Assembly: GCA_043228905.1 (NCBI GenBank)
Contig: JBHGNT010000013.1
Coordinates: 13,454,001-13,518,000 of the forward strand
Direction of reading: 5' to 3'
DNA length: 64,000 nt
DNA from: Azolla caroliniana
Lineage: Eukaryota; Plantae; Polypodiophyta
The position numbers were made by a program, and so were the translations under genes. Shown here in pieces: positions 23,527 through 36,298 of the stretch; position 1 is the first letter of the stretch; each line of letters opens with the position of its first letter. Below the pieces are notes generated by a model. The model was not told the origin of the DNA. It did no database searches and saw only the letters and a program-made list of their open reading frames with translations.

Positions 23527-23854
23527 TAGCAATGGGCACGGTTTGGGCTCAAACCAAACCGAACCGTTAAGCCATGGCTTAACGGTTTATTGGTTCAAAG
23601 ATAAATAAATCGTTTGGTTTGGTTTCGGTTCGGTTCGGTTTTGAATTTCACGGTTTAGCGGTTTCGACTTATGTGGTTTGGTTTAAAGGTTTAAAGGTTT
23701 GGTTTGGTTTTGATTTATGATAAACCAATTTGGTTTGGTTCTAAATCTTGCATAAACGGTTTGGTTTAAATGGCTTCATAAAATTTTTAATATAAATAAA
23801 TGGTTTGGTTTGGTTTCAAGGCCAAGAAACCGAACCGAACCGCGCCCATTGCTA
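23527..23854. mobile_element. hAT-family MITE
   Basis: TIRs TAGCAATGGGCACGGTT and AACCGCGCCCATTGCTA, a perfect 8-bp TSD CTCACTAT (23519-23526, 23855-23862) and internal ggttt/aaccg repeats. Confidence 0.95.
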
Positions 23855-24639
23855 CTCACTATGTATCTAGACGAGTCGAAAATATTTGAAGAGCTAAAAG
23901 TTTCAATTAACTGAGAGTTTTGGTGAGTGGAAAGATTTAGGCAAACTGATACTTTAGGGAAGGCTAAAATTTTATAGAATCCTTATGTATGGTGATGAGT
24001 ACACTTCATTGATCAAACATATTTCTTTATACCAAAAAACACTACTTCACATTAGTTAGCAAACAAAGTACATCAAATTTCAACCATATTCAGCAAAACT
24101 CACGCTTCTCCCCTCAAAACTAATCATAATCCCCACCCCCTCATTTACAACAAAAGTATCCCACCAACTCTTTTTACATGGTAACTTGTACCATAGTTCA
24201 TTGATCAAACTTTAACAACCTTCTAAGAAAACAAATGTAAAGTTCATTTTGCTTTCTTTATCAATTTAATGTAATAGTAAATAAAATTTAGGCTTTCAGT
24301 AATCACAAGAAGTTTGTTAGAATTTATATATAAAATCCACTAGACTTAACTTCACAAATCTAAACCCTTCCCTTCTCTTTTTATGGTGTTTTTTATTTCA
24401 CAATTATCCCATTTTGCACATACTTGCAATGTACACATGAGTTCCTAGAATTCCCCACAAACAAATGATGGATAATTATATAATGCTAGACTGTCTTTTT
24501 TTAGTAACATTTCTATTACTAGTGGGAAACCTCAAAGTGAGGTAAAAACCCACGAAGAATAAAGAGAAGTATACAAGTGTCAATTGGACACCAAAGAGCT
24601 TAGAAGCACTCAAATTAATGAGTGTAAATTTGTAGTGTT

Positions 24640-25545
24640 ATGTCTCTAAGTTGTAGACAATCAAACAAAGATTGCCTAAGGGATTGCTTAAAGAAGCTAA
24701 CTTCATGTAATTGGTTTCGTTCAAAGACCTTACTATTGCAGGCCGTCCACATGGTCTAGAGTGCCCAAAATCTTGTTCATTGGAGAAAATAGGCATTGTT
24801 GGATAGGATGCACAGAATTTGTCCAAATACTCAAAAGTGCTTCCCAAATCTTCAGTTAGGAACTCTATGAGATGGAAATTCACTTAGTCTTTGTACAAAT
24901 GTTGTAGTGAATGAGCAAGTCCATAATAAAAGTGGGACTATTTTTTATCGTCCACCACATCGTGCACAATGCAGTGAGGCTATCAATTACTTTTGAATAT
25001 TCGACCCAATTGGGGGTACACCCTATAGGCATCTCCATAGGAATACCCATTGCTTAAGTGGAACACCAGAGTTCCATAAGTCCATAAGCATGTTTTTCCA
25101 CCAGGACTATGTGTAGGTGCCATAATGCATTTGCATGTTCTTGAAATCACGGGGCCAGTTGTAACAACCTATACATTGAATTCTTGCCTCTCCATTGAAT
25201 GTGATGCAATATTTCCTTCCAATGCTTTAGAAGCTTTGAGCTAAACAGACATCATTTGATGTCCTCGGCAAACTTTCCAAACACTACATCCTAATGACTA
25301 GTATCCCATGAGCCAAATGACTTAGTTTTCAAATTATCAAACATATCTGATAGCATTCTTTGCCCAAGGCAATGTTTGTTCAACAAATTTTGGCAATAAA
25401 GTTGTTTTCCTAGCCAACATATGCAACTGCAAATTAAGAATATTTACTTCTTCACACAATTGTGGAGTGCATAACAATGAGGCTAGATTGTCACAAACTG
25501 TTAGAGTTGAGTAGAAAGGAAACAAGGAATGTGGCATAGGAGACA
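24640..25545 (-). mobile_element. Degenerate L1-type LINE ORF2 3' region (zf-RVT)
   Basis: Minus-strand translation gives CTPQLCEEVNILNLQLHMLARK and VPLKQWVFLWRCL*GVPPIG..HCARCG..LLWTCSF, the zf-RVT pattern, with stops. Confidence 0.65.
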
Positions 25546-25873
25546 ATATATTGAGAGAGAAAGAATAAATTATATTGTGATTCCGTAACTAATGTTGTTC
25601 ATATTATTGGGTTTAAGATGAACCACCATATTTATACAAGTTCATGACCACTACATGTGCATGTAGGCGCCAAAAGTTTCTAGATTCACAAAACTCTAAA
25701 TACACAAGTATCATAGAAGTATTTTGTCATAACTAGACGATATTGTTGGGATAAAAGTCCCACTCCACTCACCTTGTATTTCTAGTGTGAACACACAATT
25801 AACCTAACTATATAACTGGGTAACTGACCTTGTAATGATAGATCAATGGTTAATGTAAGACAATCTCTTTAAA

Positions 25874-25914
<41 letters not shown>

Positions 25915-27022
25915 GCAATTGTTTGTTTTTATATTCGGGAACCTTGTCACAGTGCATAACTCTACCCTACTTGCTACATGTATTGTTTGTTGGACTCATT
26001 GATAGGTCTTCAATCTTCCGCAACATCAACTTTATATCCAACATTTGGGTATCAGAGCAACTTGTAGTCCGACAACAACAATAACATCAACCTGAGAATA
26101 GAAAAACCGACTGAAGGAAAGGACTAGGTCAACAATCTCACTTCCTACAGAACATGGCTTCAACATCTGGCACGGGAGTGGAAATCCATTCAAATGCATC
26201 TGACTGAGAGCGTCTACTTCAACATGGCCAAAGAGGCATCAACATTTTCCTTGTGGGAGAAACTCTAGTCAGATTATGAAAAGAAATCGTCTTCATCAAA
26301 GCTTAATTGACCAGAAAATTATTCAATATGAATATGAGAGACAGATCCGATGACCTCCCACATCAACACCTTCAGGCAGGTGTTGTCTGAACTCTCCTCA
26401 CAAGGGATTAACTTCAAAGAAGAAGTTAAAGCCCTTGCTCTCCTTTCGAGCTTGTTGGCGACTCGCAAGTTGGGATGTATTTTGCATGACATTCACCAAC
26501 AACAATCCAAGTTTGAACCTGGATGAAACGATGAGACATGTTCTCAATGAGGATATTCGGCGAAAATCGATGGGTCTCATCATCGATGATTCAACAGAAG
26601 CGCACTACTCGACCAAGCCAGCCGGAAGAGCCGACCGAAGTCCAAACCGGCCAAGGAGGAGGAACGATCATCCACTGTCGAAGTCGAGAAATTGGAGGTT
26701 GAACCCCTTCTGCACACATTGCAGAAAGGCCGCCCACAACATTGCCAATTATTAGTCGATCAAGAAGAAGGAGAATGGATGGCGATTCGAGCGGAATTTA
26801 GGATCATCTGATTCAAACCATTCTCAAATCGGGAACCAAATCAATGTTGCCGAATCTCGGTCGGGAGAAGTCCTCTCACTTGAAGACTCGTCGACCGAAG
26901 AGATCGTATATAGTGCGCAAGACGGACGAATGTGGTTGGATTCCGGTGCCACATTTCACATGACCCAACATTGAATGCTTTTTGGACTATTCGGTCGAAG
27001 CTAACGACACAATGCGACTAGG

Positions 27023-27306
27023 TGTTGGCATAAAAGGCCGACTCCTTCCACCTTGTATCCTAGTGTGAACACTTCTTGAAGTTAGGGCTTGAGTATATAA
27101 TATCAACCCTAACATTGTAACGTTAAGTTTCTTGTATCTTGTGTCTTGGAGTGCAAGAGTTACAAAGAGAGAGAGAAATAACAGAGCTTCAAATTGTGTC
27201 GACGCCTTTGTTTCTTCTTTTGTCTTATATTCTGTGTTGTTTGTTGAGCATAATATGATAGGTCCTCATACACACTTCCACATATATGTTCACATACTTG
27301 TTCACA
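27023..27306 (+). mobile_element. Solo LTR 1 inside the copia
   Basis: TG..CA with a perfect TSD CTAGG. It shares caccttgtat..tagtgtgaacac with the host LTR. Confidence 0.88.
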
Positions 27307-27337
27307 CTAGGCAACGGGCAAGAGTGTATAATCTCAG

Positions 27338-27659
27338 TGTCAAATATGGGTTTCTAATGGACGTATTCACACCGTCCTATTTGGACATACTAGGTTTTAG
27401 GCCATTTATGTAAATCGTGGAAAGGACAATTGCCCTAAGTCAGTTGGTATATAAACTGAATCTTGTAACCTAGTTTTGGTTGTCGATAGTGTCATTCTTG
27501 TATTGTAACTTTTGGAATAAGACTGTTACATTGTGTGCCTCTCTTTCTCTCTCTTTCTCTCACTTTGTCTCTTTGATATTGCTTGAACTTGCAAACTCGG
27601 TGATCTTCTTCGCACAGATGTTGTTCTTGTTTCCGCAATGATGGTCTCAAACTCCAACA
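27338..27659. mobile_element. Solo LTR 2 inside the copia
   Basis: TG..CA with TSD CTCAG/CTCAC, a TATA-like tatataaa and a CT tract. Removing both solos restores RLGNGQECIISRIEEVPIQ. Confidence 0.85.
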
Positions 27660-30378
27660 CTCACGGATTGAAGAGGTCCCCATTCAATCGCCGAATGACA
27701 ATACGATCACCCTGCACCGAGTCTGGCACGTACCTGAGCTGAAGAGGAGCTTGGTCTCCATCGACATGCTAGCCAAAGCCGAGTATCAAACAACTCTAAG
27801 TGAGTCGTCATGGACGATCAACCGAGGGAATATGAAAATCGGTTGTAGATACAAGTACAACAACTTGTACCCGCTAATGGCGATCAGTCCAAGAGGGGTC
27901 GTGAACGTAGCCGATTTGTCCTAATCAAACTTATGGCATGGCTGGGTCAGCCATATGTCCCAAGCCGGACTAGACCGGCTAATGACGATCGGATACATCT
28001 CGAAACTCCAGACGAAGATGGACTTCTAGGAGCATTGTCGTTACGGGAAACAAAATCCGATGTTCGCACTTCCTCCACAATGAGACAGTACGACAACCCC
28101 TGGAACTGGTCCACACCAATATATGTGGGCCGATGCCTGAAAGACCACTAGGAGCACCCGGTGCTTCATCACATTTGTGGATGATTGTACTCACAAAGTT
28201 TGGGCCTATTCAATTAGGTCAAAAGACGAGGCGCTCGAGGTCATCACTTGGTGGCTAGCCAAAGTGGAGAATCGATCAGGATACAAAGTGAAGACACTCC
28301 GGTCCAACAATGGAGTTAAATACAACCAGTCCCGAAAATTCAAACAGTACCTATCCGAAAAGGAATCCGGCATTAGAGAACCGTTCCATACTCACCCATA
28401 CAGAACGACGTGGCGGAACGCATGAACCAGACAATCTAGGAGAGAGTGACAACAATCCTCCAACATTCCGAACTCAAACTGAAATTTTGGGCCGAGGCAC
28501 TGTAGATGGCCGTCTACTTGATAAATCTATCACCGTCGAGAGTAGTGTGGCTCGAAGTGCCACAAGCACTATGGTTTGGCAAACATCTGACTTATGATAG
28601 GCTCAATATATTCAGATGCAAAGCCTACGCCTTCATCCCTAGGGATAAGAGGACCAAGTTTGCACCCCATGCACTTAAGTACATATTTCTTGGCTATGGC
28701 ACAGACGGGGACTTTGGGCATCGGTTGTGGGATTCGGAGAAGTGATGTAGTCTTCAATGAAGACTCGGTACACTCCGACTGGACCTAGACAAAGAAAATT
28801 TGTAAAAAAGGTCTTATTCGACCTTCATAGATTAGTCATAGAAGGGCCGACCAACCGGTCCGAATCGGCAATTCAACAAATAGTTGAAATCGATCGAGCT
28901 AGCAACTCCTCTGCCGAATCCGAATTTGCAAGAGGTCCACTAGTCGAAATCTAAATCAATTTGACTAAGAGATTGACAAGGGCCAAACTGGCAAAGACAA
29001 CCGAAAGGGCCGAAGAGGGAAAATCAGCCAAAGCTGATAAAGCCAAAGGGAGATGGTCGGGAGGAGCTGAATTGTCCGACCAAACTAAAGCTAACAAGGG
29101 GCAGAGTCAAAATAGATAGAGTCAAATCGACCAAGATGCCCAAACATGCTAAGGTGTCAAAAATTCGGGTCAAATTGGCCAAGGCACCAACCCCTCTGTC
29201 AATCGATACCGAAGTAGGAGAGGATGATTGAACATCGTCGAAATCCTATTACAGGGGTGAGTCATCCACAAGGACTCATGAAGATGGTTCAACAAATGCC
29301 GATTGCACAACAGAACCAATCAAAGAATCCGAACCAACAAAATCGGCACCTAGGATATACAGACAAGTCCGAAGGATGACAGAGTTTTACCAATCGGGCC
29401 TTGACTACGTCAACTATGTGGATGCAGGTGAACCTAGCTCGTATGAGGAAACTTTAGCCGCATCGGACGCCGACACATGGCTACAAGCCATGCGATTTGA
29501 AATGGACTCGATTAAAGAGAACAAGATGTGGGAGCTAGTTGAACTACCAATCGGGTGGAAGTTGCTACCCTTCAAATGGTTCTTCAGATACAAATATGTA
29601 TAAGATTCTAAGAAGCCCAAATATAAGGCTCGGCCTTGTCGACAAAGGTTTCAAACAGGAACATGGGGCCAACTATGAAGAGATATTCTCGCCGGTAGTC
29701 AAAATGACCACCCTACGGCTCCTTCTTGAGGTTGTGGTGACAAAAGACCTAGAGCTTGAACAACTTGATGTCAAGAGAGCCTTCCTACACGAAGATCTAG
29801 ATGAAGACATCTATATGTCTCAACCGGCAGGCTTCATGACGATGGGGGAGCAAGGTCACCTCATCTGCAAGCTGAAGAAGAGCCTATATGGCCTCAAGCA
29901 AGGGCAAGGAATGTGGTATCAGAAGTTCGATACCTACATCTGATAGCTCGACTACAACCAGTTGGACCCCGACCCATGCATGTACATCCGACAACTGGCC
30001 AATGAGTCCCGGGTCTATCTAATCTTGTACGTCGACGACATGCTTATCACCGGTAGTGATAAATCAGAAATTGGAAACCTAAAGCAGAGTCTTCATGAGA
30101 AATTCTCAATGAAAGAACTCGGACAAGCTTAGCATATCTTGGGCATGAGGAGCGAGAAAATTTGGATCACAAAGACTTTGCAGCTCTCCCAGTCCGATTA
30201 CATTTGGAAGGTGCTTAAAAGGTTTAGCATGGAGAACACTAAACTGGCACCAACACCACTTCTGACGTTGCATCAACAAAAGAGGAGAGAAAGCTCATGA
30301 GCCGAATACCCTACACATAGGTTGTAGGAAGTCTCATGTACACAATGGTGGTGACCAACCTGACCTTGCATATGTCAT

Positions 30379-30919
30379 TGTCGTGACGTTTTTGCACCAC
30401 GATGAGAAAATAACCTCTACCAAATTATACGAACTGATTCAAATATTTGTAAATGGTCGTTTCGCGACAATTCGCCATAGGATGATAATAGCTAGTTGAA
30501 TCTACGATAAAACATAATATCGAGTAAAATATTTTGAAGCTAAATACCTATTATCAACACACTTATTATTATCACTATCAGCTATTTTAGCTATTAAAGC
30601 TATTACCCACTTTTTAAGCTAAATACTTATTCAAAGCACATTTTTATCAAGTATTTTAGCTATTAAAGCTATTACCCACTAATGTTGGTGCCTCTTATGC
30701 ATGGGTGACACTTGGCACTCATGCATCTACCTTCCTAATATACCATAGAATATTTTTAGAATATACTAACGACTAGAATATTCTGGAATGTACTATATGC
30801 TAGATTATATAATATTAAACCTTATACAAGTTCACATATAAATCAAGAGTTTCTATATGGTTTATCTAACACAACACTATGTATTGGGTGTGTTAGAGGT
30901 TTGATTCTAGAATGTGACA
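30379..30919. mobile_element. Solo LTR 3 replacing part of the copia RT-RNase H junction
   Basis: AT-rich insert with TGTCG..GTGACA termini between ..DLAYV and GGAISWG. No matching TSD. Confidence 0.7.
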
Positions 30920-32269
30920 GTCGGTGGCGCCATATCATGGGGATCGAAATTGCAAGAGTGCACAACCATGTCTACCACAGAGGCCGAGTACATTGCCGCA
31001 TCGGAAGCAACCAAGGAAACCATTTAGTTGCATTGATTGTCGACCGATTTCTCGGCTAAAAGCCAAATCGACCATTCAGCGCCAACCCTCTATTGCGACT
31101 CTTAGAGCGCAATACACCTCATCCGGAAACCGATATACCATGCTAAGATGAAGCTTATTGAGGTGAGGTACCATCATATTCGAGAGCTAGTCACTAACAA
31201 GAAGCTTAAAGTCCGAAAGGTGGATACCGAGGTGAATATCGCTGATAGCCTAACAAAGCCACTCCCAAATCAACGCTTCAACGCACTAAGAGGACATATG
31301 GGACTACAACAAGCGAGTGAGCGAGCAAAGAAGAGCCGAACAAGGAGTAGATGTTAAGTTGAAGAATGGCACATCCAGACAAGTCGAAAAGGCAAAGTCG
31401 AAGGAGCCAAACAACCTTAAGGTTGTAGATGCAGTTGAGTGTGAGGAGACCAAAAGGACAAGAGATGATAAGGGTCAAATGGAACTGAAAACTGATTGAC
31501 GATCCATCGGAGAGCACGAGAACCAACGCGCACGGAGAGTCGACGACCTAGAGACCAAAAGCAAAATCGATCACTATCCGATTCAAACATCAACCAACTC
31601 AGCAAATATCCAATTGCTAAAATCTACTTTACCTCTGCCGACTCGGCCACAACCGGTCAACTTGTAACACACATTACATTTTAAATTTAAGTTGTAATTT
31701 AAGCTTACGGGGGAGACAACCCCATATCATTGTATGTAGACAGAGTAGTCCTTCTACGAGGGAGTTTGTTGGGATAAAAGTCTCACTTTGCCCACCTTGT
31801 ATCTCTAGTGTGAACACACAGTTAACCTAACTATATAAGTCGGTAACTGACCTTGTAAAGACGAATCAGTGGTTAATGTAAGACAATCTCTTTGAGCTTA
31901 AACCTCTCTCTCTCTATGCAACTGTTTGTTTTTATCATTGTGAATCTTGTCACAGTGCATAACTCTACCTTGCTTGCTACTTGTATTATTTGCTGGACTC
32001 ACTGACAGGTCCTCAATATTCCGCAATATCAACTTTATATTCAACATATATGTGGAATGCATGGGCTATGACCCATTGGTTGTGATATGGGAGGTTGGAG
32101 ATTTGATTATGATCAAAATTCCAATGCAAATTGGTTCCATACAAGAATCCCCTTTTTGGAAAATATGATAGATTCATCAACTAAAGCTTGCATTACTAAT
32201 TGCCTCCGAGATGGAAGATGTGGGCCTATATTGTCCTTATTAGTTGCAGCCCTTGATAACCTCAAGGGA

Positions 32270-32845
32270 TGAGTAATAATAGAAAACAAGAATAGATAAG
32301 TGGGCATCCTCGACGAACAAATCTCATGAGAGAAATATCTGATGTAACTCCACCGTTGGGCATTACCCGTGACACCACATATTGACAAAATCACTACTGA
32401 TAAAGAATGAGTAATAATATAAAACAACAATGAGCTAAGTGGGCATATTTGATGAACATATCTCGCGAGGGCAATATCTAATGTAACTCCACGACTAAGC
32501 ATGTACTCAAGACACTACATTTTGTCCTAATAAGGATATGAGGCGAGACATACGTGGTCCAAAGCTCATTGTATGTATTACCGTGGAAACAAAGGATGAA
32601 TTAACACGATCATAAGTTCTCTCCAAACCATCTTGTCCTTACAATAATACGAGGCGAGACATACATGGTCCAAAGCCCATTGTATGCATTAATCCGAAAA
32701 CAAAGGATACATGATCATAAGTTCTCTCTAAATCATCTTGGCCTAATCAGAATATGAGGCGAGGCATATGTGGTCCAAAGCCCATTGTATGCATTAACCC
32801 GGAAACAAAGGACCAATTAACATCATCATAAGTTCTCTCCAAATC
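32270..32845. repeat. Two short tandem arrays (~138 bp x2 and ~110 bp x3)
   Basis: gagtaataata..gtgggcat..tgtaactccac occurs twice. gaggcgagacata..ggtccaaagc.cattgtatg..atcataagttctct occurs three times. Confidence 0.85.
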
Positions 32846-32978
32846 GAACTACAATATATTTCTACCTGAATTGAAACCATATTGGGGTGGGTGAAGTCTC
32901 TCTCCTTGTTTCTCAAGGATGACAAAACCATCATCATCATCATTTAGTACACATTCTAAAGAGAGATATGTCACAATC

Positions 32979-33140
32979 ATGGTCATGATCAATGTCAAGG
33001 TCAAGGTCAAGGTCATGGTCATGGTCATGATCAATTTCGTCCTCATCATAGTCAAGGTCAAGGTCATGGTCATGATCAATTTCGTCCTCATCATAGTCAA
33101 GGTCATGGTCATGGTCATGATTAATTTCATTCTCATCATA
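32979..33140. repeat. (GGTCAT/GGTCAA)n hexamer array with a higher-order unit of ~40-50 bp
   Basis: Hexamer runs are separated by atcaatttcgtcctcatcata. Confidence 0.9.
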
Positions 33141-33370
33141 CTTAGTGTGATCCACATGCTAAGCACTAGACTGAATAAATGCATATATATATACAAGAAT
33201 ACATATATGCTTATGTACATGTTCTCACACTTCCAATTGAAGTAGCATAAGTCTGTTCAAAAATTCAAAGCTAGAGTTATATGTAGTATATATTTTTCTA
33301 GTATTTTTGCTCTTTTCAAAATCTTCATCAGGGAAAACACAGTCACAGAGAGAGAGAGAGAGAGAGAGAG

Positions 33371-36298
33371 ATGAGGGCCATGGCCATAGACCTCGGTGTC
33401 TCCGCAGACCCTAGAAACAGCAACTCCTGTGCCCCATCACATCCAGACAGTCTCGTCCTCTCCCTTTCTCAGAGACCTGCGCAGAGCTTCGTAGAGAAAG
33501 AGAAGCAGAAGCAGAAAGAAATGGAGAAAGAGAAGGATAAGACGAAGTTGGAAGAGAACGAGGAGGATAAAGAGAAAGAGAAGAAGAATAAGAAGAAGAT
33601 TGCGATTTCTGGTTCGTGTATTAGCCTGCGCCAGAAACCATACCTTCGCTCTGATTCTAGTTCCTATTGGAATCCTGGAAGAATTAGAACGAAGAAGAAA
33701 AAGAAAGAACACAGCCATAAGATCCTATCTGTTCTTGAAGCCTTGCAATCTGGTCTCGACGTTCCTTCTGCCATGGAACCTTGGCAAGGTAAGCTTTCTC
33801 CTCGAGAAGAAGCCATTATTCTCAGTGAACAAAATGATGTGAACGTTGCCATGTATCTCTTTGATTGGTTCCGAAACCTTGAAAATCATATCCCTAATGT
33901 GTTCAGATACAATATCATGTTCAAAATCATTGGGAAGCACAGAAAATGGGATCTTTTAAATGATTTCTGGGAGAAAATGTCCGTGCAAGATAAAATTAGG
34001 CCAAGCAATGTTACATACAGCACCATTATCGATGCCTATACTAAATCTGGATTGAAAGAACAAGCTCTTAAATGGTTTGAAGGCATGTCTGAGGAGAAAA
34101 TTCAGCCAGATGAAGTAACTCTGAATACAGTGCTGAATCTGTATAAATGGTCTGGGAACTATTCAGAAGCTGAAACTTTTAGCAAGAAGTTTCTCTATGG
34201 AATAGACATGGAAGATGATAAATGCATCCGGCCACAGAAAGTAGATACATATAACACACTCATTGACTTATATGGAAAGGCAGGTAGCCTTGATAATGCT
34301 TCTCGTCTATTTGAAGACATGATATCATTTGGTCTCAAGCCTGATACTGTTTCTTTCAACACAATGATGCAAATATGTGGTAGCAATAATCGTCTTGCTG
34401 AAGCGGAAGCTTTATTTGAGAAAATGAAAGATAGTGGATGTGAACCTGATGTTGGTACTTACAATATACTGATTGCATTGTATGTGAAATCCTGCAACTT
34501 TCAATCAGCGCAAGAAACTCTTTTGAGCTTGAAGCAATCTCAGGTCTTACCAAATGCTGTCTCGTACAGGACTCTTTTTCTTGGTTATACCTCTAGTGGT
34601 TTGGTGATTGAAGCAGAAAACCTTGCTATGGAAATGGAAGAAGCTGGATTTCTTCTTAATGCAGCATTGCTTGTGCAGTTTATTCAAATGTATATACGAG
34701 CAGGAGATTATGTGAACGCTTCTCAGCAATTTAGTAGACTCAAAATGTGTGGAGACTTGACGAGTGATAACTTGTTCCCTTTGATTAATTCATATGCTGA
34801 ACGTGGATCATGGAAAAAAGCAGAACAGATTTTCCTTTCTTCCACAGAGCTAGGTGTGCAAAAAAGTAGCTTGTTTTATAATGTGATGATTAAGGCATAT
34901 GGCCTAGGTAAGAGGTATTGGAAAGCCTTTAGTTTGTTTGAAACCATGGAGTCTGAAGGGATTATAGCTGATGAGGCGACTTTTAACACAATGATACATG
35001 CTTCCGCAAAACGTGGTTCAGTAGGAAAAGCTGTTGCTTTACTTGCTGAAATGCATTACAGAGGATTCAAGCCTAGTGTTTCTAGTTATACATCTGTCCT
35101 TTCCACATTTTCTAAATTACGTCAGGTCAAAGAAGCTGAAAATGTATTTCAAGAAATGAACAGTGTCCATACACATGTAGATGAAGTGGCATACAATGCC
35201 ATGGTGAATGCTTATGCTGAGGCTGGTATGCTGAAAGAAGCAGAAGCTACTTTGTGTGCTATGGAGGTTGAAGGTCATACGACAAATAGCATTGCTTGTT
35301 GCATGATGATGAAACTTTATGGGAAACTTGACATGTTGGAGAAAGCTAAAGAAATGTTCAAGAAGGTTGAATGTATGCAAGTGCACCCAAATGTGCAAGC
35401 TTGGAATATTCTTCTTGATATTTATGGGAGGACTGGAATGATTGACACCGTGTGGGTTTCTTTTAAGAAAATGCAGAAAGGTGGTTATTTTGACAAAACT
35501 TCATGCAAGATCATTATACGTATATTGAAAAAAACAGGAAGGATCCAAGAAGCATTTTCTGTTGCAAGTACTATGAAAGAGTTGGGTTTGTTTTTTGGTG
35601 TTTCCTCTTTCAACGTGGTGATAGATCTGTATGCAAACAATGAGAAACATCAAGAAGCCCTTGCCATTTTTCAAGAAATGGTCAAGCAAGGATGCTGGCC
35701 TGATTTAAGAACTTACTTTTGTCTCAAGGATATCATAGAGAACTCAGGCCTATTAAAAGAGGCAGTGTGGAAATTGAAATTGGCTCGTAAGCAAAGAAGT
35801 AGTATACATTGTCTGATTGCTATGGCAAGTCTTTATTGTTTTGTTGGGATGCAAACAGAAGCTATGGAAACATGTTCTAGGATAAAAGAAAGTGGACTAG
35901 TGCTTGATATAATTGCCTATAATGCAATACTTAATGTTTATGGAACTAATGGACGGTTTGATGAAGCTGTGCGGATATTCCTTGAGTTGCAGAGAAATGG
36001 ACCAAATCCAAATGTTGTGACCTTCACTACAATGCTTTTATTGTATGGTAAAGCTGGATTGGTTGAAGGTGTGACAAGGTTGTTCAGCAGAATGAAACAA
36101 GTAGAATGCAGACCAGATGAAGCTTGCTTCAAAGCAGTTATTAACATATACAAACAAGCTGGAAGATTTGATCTAGCTAGCATGGTTACACATGAGATGC
36201 AATTTGTGCAGTTTTTAAAAGAAAGGAGTGATTCTCGATTAAGGGAGTCAGAAAGTGTGGAAGATGAAGAAGAGAGATTTGAGGAAGCAAAAAATTAG
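33371..36298 (+). CDS. P-class pentatricopeptide repeat protein, intronless, At3g23020/At1g73710-like
   Basis: 975-aa ORF with tandem 35-aa PPR motifs (YNTLIDLYGKAGSLDNASRLFEDMISFGLKPDTVS and similar). The N-terminal LSPREEAIILSEQ..FDWF..PNVFRYNIM is typical of that subfamily. There is no E/DYW domain, and (GA)n directly precedes the ATG. Confidence 0.95.
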   Translation: MRAMAIDLGVSADPRNSNSCAPSHPDSLVLSLSQRPAQSFVEKEKQKQKEMEKEKDKTKLEENEEDKEKEKKNKKKIAISGSCISLRQKPYLRSDSSSYWNPGRIRTKKKKKEHSHKILSVLEALQSGLDVPSAMEPWQGKLSPREEAIILSEQNDVNVAMYLFDWFRNLENHIPNVFRYNIMFKIIGKHRKWDLLNDFWEKMSVQDKIRPSNVTYSTIIDAYTKSGLKEQALKWFEGMSEEKIQPDEVTLNTVLNLYKWSGNYSEAETFSKKFLYGIDMEDDKCIRPQKVDTYNTLIDLYGKAGSLDNASRLFEDMISFGLKPDTVSFNTMMQICGSNNRLAEAEALFEKMKDSGCEPDVGTYNILIALYVKSCNFQSAQETLLSLKQSQVLPNAVSYRTLFLGYTSSGLVIEAENLAMEMEEAGFLLNAALLVQFIQMYIRAGDYVNASQQFSRLKMCGDLTSDNLFPLINSYAERGSWKKAEQIFLSSTELGVQKSSLFYNVMIKAYGLGKRYWKAFSLFETMESEGIIADEATFNTMIHASAKRGSVGKAVALLAEMHYRGFKPSVSSYTSVLSTFSKLRQVKEAENVFQEMNSVHTHVDEVAYNAMVNAYAEAGMLKEAEATLCAMEVEGHTTNSIACCMMMKLYGKLDMLEKAKEMFKKVECMQVHPNVQAWNILLDIYGRTGMIDTVWVSFKKMQKGGYFDKTSCKIIIRILKKTGRIQEAFSVASTMKELGLFFGVSSFNVVIDLYANNEKHQEALAIFQEMVKQGCWPDLRTYFCLKDIIENSGLLKEAVWKLKLARKQRSSIHCLIAMASLYCFVGMQTEAMETCSRIKESGLVLDIIAYNAILNVYGTNGRFDEAVRIFLELQRNGPNPNVVTFTTMLLLYGKAGLVEGVTRLFSRMKQVECRPDEACFKAVINIYKQAGRFDLASMVTHEMQFVQFLKERSDSRLRESESVEDEEERFEEAKN

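Larger units (their letters stand above)
25744..32046 (+). mobile_element. Near full-length but degenerate Ty1/copia LTR retrotransposon
   Basis: LTRs at 25744-26043 and 31767-32046, TSD GATAT/TATAT, PBS TGGGTATCAGAGC at ~26046 and PPT at ~31755. Domains in order are gag (CTHCRKAAH), protease (WLDSGATFHMT), integrase (DDCTHKVWAY), RT (LDVKRAFL, LYVDD) and RNase H (IEVRYHHIRE, ADSLTKPL). Many stops and frameshifts. Confidence 0.95.

Noticed and set aside
32849-33245. His/Asp-rich, Met/Thr-rich and Val/Met-rich ORFs as metal-binding peptides
   Set aside because: They are by-products of a stop-free hexamer repeat that is open in several frames.
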